Below, piece by piece: positions 8,399 to 15,929 of a stretch of DNA of 18,500 nt. The DNA is from Candidatus Bruticola sp. (GTDB taxonomy: Bacteria; Vulcanimicrobiota; Xenobia; Xenobiales; Xenobiaceae). Below the pieces are notes generated by a model. The model did no database searches, was not told the origin of the DNA, and saw only the letters and a list, made by a program, of their open reading frames with translations. A program made the position numbers and the translations under genes. Numbering within the stretch: position 1 is the first letter of the stretch; each line of letters begins with the position of its first letter. The stretch is from assembly GCA_051874735.1 (NCBI GenBank), contig JBJEGD010000039.1:76007-94506 (forward strand), in the 5' to 3' direction.

Positions 8399-10252
8399 TT
8401 ACCTTGCAGAAAGTATCTGCAGAGCTTTCTGCAGTTGAGTATCTTTGTCTTTTTTGCCCACAAAACGCGGTTCCATCTTAACGGTAATATCGGGAGTCAG
8501 CCCGTTATGATCGATAACATGACCGCTAGGTGAATAAAAGCGAGCCACCGTCATTTTCATAGCCGACCCATCATCGAAGGGGAAAATCTGCTGAACAGAC
8601 CCCTTACCAAAGCTGCGCTCACCTAACAGCTTGGCTAGTTTATGATCGCGCATAGCTCCAGCAGTAATTTCAGAAGCGCTGGCTGAGAAACGGTTGATCA
8701 TAACGATCATGGGCATATCCACTTTTCCATCACCTTCAGAATTTAAGTTGCTGCGGCTCCCTGATCGATCTAGAGTATAGACAATCAATCCTCCGCGGCG
8801 AATAAACTGGCTACCCACACCTACTGCCGCCTGCACAAAGCCGCCGCCATTGTTGCGCAAATCTAAAATTAGTCCGGAAGCTCCTTGAGCTTTGACTTTT
8901 TCTAACTCGGCTGCCAATTCTTTAGCCGTATCCGCACCGAACTGGCGCATACGAATATAACCGATTTTCCCATACATTTTAGAAGTACAACTGACTACAT
9001 GAATATTCGCCCTAGTGACAGAAACATTTAAAACTTTATCTAATCCGGGGCGTTTGATTTTTAAAACTACAGTCGATCCAACCGGTCCTCGAATCATTTT
9101 GGTAGCGACATCAAGAGCTAAACCTTTAGTACTAGTACCATTGATAGCTAAAATTTTATCTCCGGGTTCAATACCAGCCTTATAAGCTGGTGCCCCTTCC
9201 ATAGGTTCAAATACGGTAACTTGGTTAGAGTCATCTTTATCAGCTTCGATATATATGCCTATACCACCAAATCCTTGGGTCTGGACTTGTTCTTTAAGAG
9301 AACTGTACTCTTTGGGAGTCATTAAAATTGAGTAAGGATCGCCTAAACCATAAAGCATTCCTTCTATAGCCGCATAAGTTAGCAAATCTTTATTTATCTT
9401 AGAGCTATAGAGGTTTATAATTTGACTTAAGACATTCTTATTTTTATCTAATCCATTTAAACTGTCCGCTGATAGACCAGCCGCTTTAACTAGCTTGCCA
9501 ACCTCTTTTACCACACCTTTTTCCAGCTGTTCGTCGTTAACCGTTTGCACAAAAGACGTACGGATACGATAATAAGCGTTAGCAAAAAGCTCTTTAGTAG
9601 GAGTAAATCCTAATTCACTAGGATTTTTCAGCAGCGCTTTATAATCGATATCGAGTTCAAAATCGCTCATTTTATTATTTAAAGGCTCATCTGAATCTTT
9701 ATCGGAATGAGCAGATTCTTTTTCTTTATTGGCAGCGGCAACTTTATTTAAATTAACTTTTTCAGCAGAGTTTTTTTTTGTTAAAGAAGAAGCAGCAGAA
9801 GTCGCAACTTTAGGTGCGTCAGCTGCAGTCATTTTACCATCTTCACTTTGATCTTCAGCCAATACCCAGTTGTCGGGGATATCATCACTATCGGCTTGAG
9901 AAACATTGTCGCTATCTAAAGATTTGTTCGCAGGCTTGCTTTTATCTGAAGCTTGATCTTCATCCCAGATAAACTCTACGTCTTCACCTTCTTCAAAGGT
10001 CTGAGTTTTTACTGTAAATCCAGCAGAATTCTCCTGTCTATCTTCCTGAGTCTGTTTTTGCTCAGCTGCAGGGGAAACTGCTGCGCCTTGAGGAGCATTC
10101 ATTCCCTGGCTGCTCTCCGGAGCAGAATTCTGCTGATCGCCTAAATTAAAAATGCCGCTCCCCCCGCTAACATAATTAAAAAGAACTGAGATAAGAGCTA
10201 TAGCAGCCAAAATAGCCGCTATTTTTATAATTTTAAGTGCTTTTTCACTCAT
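8399..10252 (-). CDS. ctpA: S41A carboxyl-terminal processing protease with N-terminal membrane anchor, long low-complexity linker and PDZ domain
   Basis: LGDPYS, FGGIGI PDZ loop, LILDLRNNGGG, SASASEI (catalytic Ser) and SFGKGSVQ (catalytic Lys). Confidence 0.92.
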   Translation of the reverse strand: MSEKALKIIKIAAILAAIALISVLFNYVSGGSGIFNLGDQQNSAPESSQGMNAPQGAAVSPAAEQKQTQEDRQENSAGFTVKTQTFEEGEDVEFIWDEDQASDKSKPANKSLDSDNVSQADSDDIPDNWVLAEDQSEDGKMTAADAPKVATSAASSLTKKNSAEKVNLNKVAAANKEKESAHSDKDSDEPLNNKMSDFELDIDYKALLKNPSELGFTPTKELFANAYYRIRTSFVQTVNDEQLEKGVVKEVGKLVKAAGLSADSLNGLDKNKNVLSQIINLYSSKINKDLLTYAAIEGMLYGLGDPYSILMTPKEYSSLKEQVQTQGFGGIGIYIEADKDDSNQVTVFEPMEGAPAYKAGIEPGDKILAINGTSTKGLALDVATKMIRGPVGSTVVLKIKRPGLDKVLNVSVTRANIHVVSCTSKMYGKIGYIRMRQFGADTAKELAAELEKVKAQGASGLILDLRNNGGGFVQAAVGVGSQFIRRGGLIVYTLDRSGSRSNLNSEGDGKVDMPMIVMINRFSASASEITAGAMRDHKLAKLLGERSFGKGSVQQIFPFDDGSAMKMTVARFYSPSGHVIDHNGLTPDITVKMEPRFVGKKDKDTQLQKALQILSAR

Positions 10253-10283
10253 AAATTCAAAATATTCTCCCGCTTCCTGGTAA

Positions 10284-10520
10284 CTAAGCTAAAGCCGGCA
10301 TATCGATATAGCCACCGCCGCAGCAGCCGGGACAGATAACAACCCCCTTACCGTGACATACAGAGCACTCACACCTGCTGCCGTCAGCTTCTGGGGAAAT
10401 TCCTAAACAGTTTGTTTCTTTTTGCCCGGCGAAGTCTCCGCTTTGGCAATTCTGACATTTTACTTTTCCAGCTCCCTGGCAGATCTCACACTTAACGAAA
10501 ATAAGCTGGGACAACTCCAT
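10284..10520 (-). CDS. Small stand-alone DnaJ-type (CxxCxGxG) zinc-finger protein
   Basis: CEICQGAG, CQNCQSGD, CSVCHGKG and CPGCCGGG in 78 aa. AGGA upstream; co-oriented 31 nt before ctpA. Confidence 0.8.
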   Translation of the reverse strand: MELSQLIFVKCEICQGAGKVKCQNCQSGDFAGQKETNCLGISPEADGSRCECSVCHGKGVVICPGCCGGGYIDMPALA

Positions 10521-10559
10521 ACTATTCCTATACCCCTGCAGAAATCCAATAACCAGCGC

Positions 10560-10600
10560 AAAAAAAATGCGCTGTGCCAGATCGTATCATAACACAGCGC
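10560..10600 (-). terminator. Intrinsic terminator downstream of hpf
   Basis: Minus strand gcgctgtg-N16-cacagcgc followed by a and a T8 tract. Confidence 0.6.
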
Positions 10601-10696
10601 GCTCTGTGCCGCTCAGGTAGTTCCTATACTATGCAGAGTTTACCTCGAGCTGCTTCCCTCTCCCCCTACGTTGCTAATTAAACAAAAAGAAGCGAC

Positions 10697-11233
10697 TTAC
10701 ATTTTAGGATCGATCAATCCGTAACCGCCATCATCAGCTATATAGACAACGTTAATACGTCCGTTATCGATGTTATGGAAAGCGTAGAATGAGTACCCTT
10801 TGCTTCCCATAGCACTAATAGCGGCTTCCACAGACATAGGCTCAGCTGTATAAGATACAGTGTGGCTCACAGGAGACTTGTGTCCTCCTCGCTCATCCTC
10901 TGCCTCAGGAGCGGCCTCTTTGATCTCTTCACGATCTTTACGACTCACATCTAAGTTCTTGGAGCGAGCTTTGTCGAGCTGTTTTTCCAATTTTTCTACA
11001 ACGCAGTTAACTGAGCGGTACATATCATCGTAATCGCGCTCTTCAGCACGCATCTCGAATCCCTTGCCGAACAAAGTAATTTCGACAATTCGACGATGGC
11101 GATCGGTAGACATGGTTACATTAGCCGTAACAACCGTATCGAAACGACCGATCTTCTTCTCCAGCTTCTCAACCACGTGTTCTCTCAGAGAACTACTCAC
11201 TTCAAAATTCTTTCCGCTTACTGTAATCTGCAT
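10697..11233 (-). CDS. hpf: Ribosome hibernation promoting factor, long form (HPF/YvyD)
   Basis: MQITVSGKNFEVSSSLREHVVEKL and DMYRSVNCVVEKLEKQL, plus the C-terminal dimerisation domain PMSVEAAI...FYAFHN...INVVY...GYGLI. ATG 11233 has a GGAGG SD. Confidence 0.93.
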   Translation of the reverse strand: MQITVSGKNFEVSSSLREHVVEKLEKKIGRFDTVVTANVTMSTDRHRRIVEITLFGKGFEMRAEERDYDDMYRSVNCVVEKLEKQLDKARSKNLDVSRKDREEIKEAAPEAEDERGGHKSPVSHTVSYTAEPMSVEAAISAMGSKGYSFYAFHNIDNGRINVVYIADDGGYGLIDPKM

Positions 11234-11785
11234 AACTGCCTCCAGAATGTTTGTTGGCAAAACGGACTTGCTCAACTGGTGACAAAGGACTTAAACATTC
11301 CGCTATTGTATAAATTTCCAATTTTAGCAACCGCTTACATAGGGCTAATTGCATAACCAAAACAGACAGCTCGCTGCAACAGAGCCTTTCCGGCGCTTCC
11401 CAGCAAGTTCCGATAATGGCCGAACCAGCCCAAGCCGCTGTGTTTCGCATTATTGCAAGGGCATACAGCTCGTTTCCCTGTTCCTTGTGGTTTTTATATT
11501 AAACCTTTTTATCCTGCAGAAGCACACAGATGATAAAAACTTAAAGAATCATAAAGAAAAGTCGCAGTAGTCTTTTATTTTGAATTCTAATGCGCCAAAC
11601 GAATTTTTAAATATGGATAAAACTTATTGTATTCATTCAATCAGGCTGAAACTTTGAAATATTAAAATAAATTGAGCATATCATTAAATAAATATTATCG
11701 GCGCAACAACTTCTCATAGTTCAGTTTAAAACAACAATGCAGACATAACAAAAGAAGTCAAGCCAGCTTGTCGGCACCGAATTCA

Positions 11786-11814
11786 TTGACTGATCAAACA
11801 GTTAATGTTAATCT
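11786..11814 (+). promoter_or_regulatory. Sigma70-type promoter for the M23 gene
   Basis: TTGACT (11786-11791), 17-nt spacer ending TGt, TAATCT (11809-11814), 30 nt before the ATG. Confidence 0.55.
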
Positions 11815-11844
11815 GAGCAGTGTAAAGCGAGTAAGAATTTTGAC

Positions 11845-13107
11845 ATGCAGCATAATTTTGTTTTATCTAAAGTAACCCTATCTTTGTTTTTATGGGGGAT
11901 TTCAACTGGATTTTGGGCTGTTGCAGCTCAAGCGGATAAAGTTCCCAGCAGCACGGTCGTGCCTGAAGTTGTAAAAGCAGCTCAAAAAAAATACGGCTTG
12001 CCCCCCCAGCAGCCTTCGTTTACTCAAAATAAAGTTACATCCTTAGCAGATCTAGTGAATTTACAGCGCCGCTCCTGCCCTTGGGCCTGTGTAACCAGCA
12101 CTTTTTATGATTACCGTTCTGTGTCTATTTACAGACGACGGGCTGGCCTTCATTTAGGATACGATATTGCCATGCAAGCGGGCAGTGCCGCCCGAGCTGG
12201 CTGGCCGGGAACGGTAGTTTCTATTGCTCCCTGGTCTGACAGTGAATGGGGAGTAACGGTAGCCTCAGCCAACGGCATAGAAGTAACTTACGGTCATATT
12301 GTGCCGTCAGTGCGTTTAGGCCAAATCGTCAATACTGGTGATCCAGTCGGAACTATAGCTATAAATCATGTTGATGTAAAAATGCGCGACTCAGACGGAT
12401 CCTATATTCCGTTCGGAGAGAACCAAAAGCAAAATGTTATAGCAGATTCCTTACAAATTCAGCCAACTACTAGCCGGGAACAGCTAATGGTAGCTTGGCT
12501 TAGTGCTTATAACAATGAAGAAACTATCAAAGAAGAGGCTGAGGCTCGTACCAGAGAAGATAAGCTCAATCAAATAGAAAGACAAAAACTGGAAGAGCGT
12601 TACACTGAAAAGCGCGTCGCTCTGCGCAATATGGAGGAATACTTCAAGCAAGGGTTAGTATCTCGCCTTGAAGTTGAAAAAACTAGAAAAAATTTAGAAA
12701 CAACACGTCAAGAACTGTTAAAAGTAAAAATCTCTCAGAAAGAGCAACCTGAAAAACTGAAAAAACTCCAAAAACAGCTGAGTATGTGTCAGCAACGAAC
12801 TAAAAAAGCTAAAAAAGAAGCTGAAAAACTAGGGATAACTTGGAAAGACGTTCAAGCTTTTGTCAATAATCTGGTAGCCCAAGATCAAGTTCTCAGTAAG
12901 ACGGTCAAAAGTTACAAAAAAGACAAGCAGGAAGCCTATATACAAGAACTTTTGCAGGTAAAGAGTGAACTGCATCAATGTCAAAGAACCTTAGCTAGTC
13001 AGGAAGAACTGTACCAAGCTGGAGGATTGCCTCAAAAAGAAATAGAGGCCACTCGTCAGAAATACGCCGCTTTACAGCATCGGCTTAAAGAGCTGCAGTC
13101 GCGTTAA
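11845..13107 (+). CDS. Exported M23-family (LytM-like) domain protein with long C-terminal coiled coil
   Basis: Signal peptide ending AAQA. VTSTF, HLGYD (HxxxD), GTVV, TYGHI, VRLGQIVNTGDPVG and NHVDV motifs, then over 200 aa of E/K/Q-rich helix. Confidence 0.8.
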   Translation: MQHNFVLSKVTLSLFLWGISTGFWAVAAQADKVPSSTVVPEVVKAAQKKYGLPPQQPSFTQNKVTSLADLVNLQRRSCPWACVTSTFYDYRSVSIYRRRAGLHLGYDIAMQAGSAARAGWPGTVVSIAPWSDSEWGVTVASANGIEVTYGHIVPSVRLGQIVNTGDPVGTIAINHVDVKMRDSDGSYIPFGENQKQNVIADSLQIQPTTSREQLMVAWLSAYNNEETIKEEAEARTREDKLNQIERQKLEERYTEKRVALRNMEEYFKQGLVSRLEVEKTRKNLETTRQELLKVKISQKEQPEKLKKLQKQLSMCQQRTKKAKKEAEKLGITWKDVQAFVNNLVAQDQVLSKTVKSYKKDKQEAYIQELLQVKSELHQCQRTLASQEELYQAGGLPQKEIEATRQKYAALQHRLKELQSR

Positions 13108-13162
13108 TCTAATTGCTTACTTCAAATGTAGGTTCAAACGATTATACGCTAGAATTCTCTAG

Positions 13163-13217
13163 CAGACGAAAAGAGCCAAGCAAAGCGCTAGCTTTGCATG
13201 GCTCTCTTTTTTGTCTG
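13163..13217. terminator. Intrinsic terminator, probably bidirectional
   Basis: cagac..aaagagcca-a-gcaaagc / gctttgc-a-tggctct-ctttttt-gtctg. Confidence 0.8.
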
Positions 13218-13427
13218 AAAATCCAAAGTCACTTATACAGCCTCGGAAGCTTTATATTACTGTACAATGCTCAGATCTGCTGATGTTTGCCGCGGACAGC
13301 TTAAAATTATCTGTCTCATCATAGAACAAGCCCGCTTTGGGTATTCAAACAAACTTAGGCACACCAAACAATTCGTCAGTCAAAAATTGAGTATATGCCA
13401 TCACTTTTATAACTATCCTTAACTTGA

Positions 13428-13772
13428 TTATCCTTGCTTCTCTACAATAACCAACGAATTACTGTTACCGCTTTCATCAGTTACCCACTTATCAGGAGCC
13501 TCATCGTTTTCCCAGCGGCAATCTGGATCGCCAGGATTTATAAGATACTTAAACTGGTAGCTCTTACCAACTTCCAAAGTGATAGTGATGCTGAAAGAAC
13601 CATCTTTTAACAGTTTCATTTCTTTGCCTTTGCTGGCGTCCCAATGACAAAAGTCGAAATCTCCAACTACAACTACTTTACGAGCGTTAAATTCGCCAGC
13701 TTTATCTGTGCTCAGTTTGAAAGTAACTCTGCTCTTCCTATCAGTTTTAGTGTTATTTTTAGTTATAGCCAT
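13428..13772 (-). CDS. Isoamylase early-set / CBM48-like glycogen-binding domain protein
   Basis: VTFKL, VVVVGDF..W, MKLLKDGSFSITITL, YQFKYLIN, WENDEAPD and NSLV pattern. GGAG SD upstream. Confidence 0.85.
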   Translation of the reverse strand: MAITKNNTKTDRKSRVTFKLSTDKAGEFNARKVVVVGDFDFCHWDASKGKEMKLLKDGSFSITITLEVGKSYQFKYLINPGDPDCRWENDEAPDKWVTDESGNSNSLVIVEKQG

Positions 13773-13989
13773 CAGTTAAAAACACTCCAATTATGAAGCT
13801 TCTCAGTACAAAAATACATCAAGAAAACAACAAACAAATTTGACTAACTCTGCAGTTTTGACCATTACCCGACACAATGTAAGGTAAACCTACTGCTAAC
13901 CTCAACCATACGGCCTCCTCCCCCACTATGGTCCTATTTCAGCACTTAATCGCGAGTACACAAAGAGAACTTACGCACCGTGCTGATAC

Positions 13990-14018
13990 ATTCTATATTT
14001 TATACTCGTAACTGTCAA
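13990..14018 (-). promoter_or_regulatory. Near-consensus sigma70 promoter driving the CBM48 gene leader
   Basis: Minus strand TTGACA (14018-14013), 17 nt, TAGAAT (13995-13990). Confidence 0.75.
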
Positions 14019-14023
14019 CAAGA

Positions 14024-14070
14024 AATGCATATACAATTTACAAAATAGGTTTTAATAATGCATATACAAT
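14024..14070. repeat. Perfect 14-bp direct repeat AATGCATATACAAT (candidate operator)
   Basis: Copies at 14024-14037 and 14057-14070, period 33 bp, directly upstream of the -35 box. Confidence 0.65.
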
Positions 14071-14354
14071 ATATACATACAAAAAGGTCTTATATAATAT
14101 AGAGGTGGTCTTCATGGCCAATATTTAAACAGGTCTTGACCATTAGCAAAGATGGCTCACCTAATACTCTGTTGGGCAAGACAACTATCATTAGGGCAGG
14201 AAGAAATAATAGGGAAAAAGAAATGACGGGGTGGTTGAAAAAACAGTTGAAAGCGCAGATGCTTGGGCTGCAGGTTGTTCTGCCTGCTTAAATAAAGTAA
14301 GCCTACTAAGTAAAAAGGCCGCCGCTGCGCTGACTAATATTTTCGGAGTTTGTT

Positions 14355-15614
14355 GTGCGCAGTTATCGCCTCCTAATCTGGACTTTTATTTTCGTTCTTT
14401 TTTTAGGCGGGGCAGCCGCCCTCGTCTGGTACTATACTCAAAATGAGCTTCCGCCTTCTTTTGAAAGAACTATAGGAACTGGTATTGCCGGTCAAAACGC
14501 TGGAGAGCTTAACGAACCAACTGGAGTGACTGTCGACGCCAGCGGCAATATTTATGCTCTGGATACGCGTAATTGCCGCATACAGCGTTTCGATCCCCAA
14601 GGCAAACTAATCGACGTCTGGGGGACGCAAGGTTCTGGAGATGGCCAAATGCGCGAGCCCTTGCGCATAAAATTAGCTCCCGACAACACAGTTTGGGTTT
14701 CTGATACCGGAAATAACCGCTTGCTTCACTTCACCACTCAAGGAGAATACTTAGGTGAGGTCGGCTCGCTTGGTCAAGATGAAGGACAGTTTGCAGCCCC
14801 CATAGGCATAGCCTTTGATAGTGAAGGATATATGTGGGTAACTGATGCTCGGAATAATCGTTTGCAGCTTTTCAACCCCAAAGGTGAATTTGTCTCTGCT
14901 TTGGAAAACAACGGTTCCCTAAATTTGAATCAACCCTGGGGGCTCGATTTGAATGTAAACGACGAAATCTATGTAGCTAATACAAAATCGAATCAAATTT
15001 TAAAATTTAATGCTGACGGCGAGCTCTTGCTAAAGTGGGGACTTTTCGGCAAAGGTCCAGGTGAATTTGACAAGCCAACCGATGTTTTAGTTATGTATGA
15101 CGGCAACGTGCTTGTTTCTGACACTGGCAACAATCGTATTCAAAAGTTTACTAGTCAAGGTGTTTTTATAACTGAGTGGGGCGTGGGAGGCAGCGATACC
15201 GCCGCTTTACACCATCCGCAGCAAATTTCCGAAGGCATAGGTCAGCTGTTTTATGTCGCCGATGCTGGCAGCAACCGCATTCAGATTATTCATCAACGCG
15301 ATCCCATACATTTGTACGGTCCCAAACCTGTTCCCTATCCGACTGCCCGCCAGCAGCAAAAAAGCGAAAGCGGTTCTTCTATGCTTGATGAGTTCAGTAA
15401 TGACAGCGATGCTCCGAAATCTGGTGTAAAAAAAGATAAAAGCGGTCCTAATAATCAAGAGTCTAAAAATCTTCGTGACAGTGCAGTTAGTGGTTCAGAT
15501 ACGGAAACAGCGAATAAAGACAAAAAGTCTAAGGAGCAGAAGCCTTCAAAGGGCTCCAAGAAGTCTGCCTCTAGCAAAAATGGAAACGATTCTAACGTTA
15601 CTGATACGTTGTAA
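14355..15614 (+). CDS. Membrane-anchored NHL-repeat six-bladed beta-propeller with disordered C-terminal tail
   Basis: GTG start after GGAG and an N-terminal TM helix. Six repeats of type GxFxxPxGIxxDxxGxxYVxDxxNxRIQxF, then an S/K/D/N-rich tail of about 90 aa. Confidence 0.9.
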   Translation: MRSYRLLIWTFIFVLFLGGAAALVWYYTQNELPPSFERTIGTGIAGQNAGELNEPTGVTVDASGNIYALDTRNCRIQRFDPQGKLIDVWGTQGSGDGQMREPLRIKLAPDNTVWVSDTGNNRLLHFTTQGEYLGEVGSLGQDEGQFAAPIGIAFDSEGYMWVTDARNNRLQLFNPKGEFVSALENNGSLNLNQPWGLDLNVNDEIYVANTKSNQILKFNADGELLLKWGLFGKGPGEFDKPTDVLVMYDGNVLVSDTGNNRIQKFTSQGVFITEWGVGGSDTAALHHPQQISEGIGQLFYVADAGSNRIQIIHQRDPIHLYGPKPVPYPTARQQQKSESGSSMLDEFSNDSDAPKSGVKKDKSGPNNQESKNLRDSAVSGSDTETANKDKKSKEQKPSKGSKKSASSKNGNDSNVTDTL

Positions 15615-15648
15615 ATACCAAAATCCCCTATTCAAAGAAAAGGTATTG

Positions 15649-15657
15649 TGCTAGAAT
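15649..15657 (+). promoter_or_regulatory. Candidate extended -10 promoter for metK
   Basis: TGcTAGAAT. The -35 match is poor. Confidence 0.4.
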
Positions 15658-15929
15658 GCACTGGTGTGAAATCAAACAACAATAATTGCTATAAAGAGCT
15701 CAAGCTGGCGCAGATGCTGAGCTCGATGTCTTAGCTGGGCGTTATTGCCTCTTTTCTCAGTTTTTTATCCGCTTAGGGAGCTCTCCTTCCCCCTCAGAGG
15801 TGCGTGCCCAAAGAGGAAAGCTTGTTTGTGCTTTACCCCTCAGAAGTATAAACGGGCAGCTTGCAGTGTCTCTTGCAGCATTTTTTACTACCGCAAGAGA
15901 TCACTAATAAAATAAGGAGCTTATTTATT

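Noticed and set aside
11256-11295. c-di-GMP-I riboswitch-like string GGCAAAAC...GGTGACAAAG
   Set aside because: Antisense to the hpf leader, with no GNRA tetraloop and no second stem.
11202-11570. ORFs 11202-11450(-) and 11349-11570(+), a comF remnant or an ncRNA upstream of hpf
   Set aside because: No recognisable motifs or SD. The GC-richer patch with ACAGCTCG at 11366 and 11465 gave no structure I can support.
14231-14446. 71-aa ORF overlapping the NHL gene start
   Set aside because: Out-of-frame overlap, no SD and no motif.
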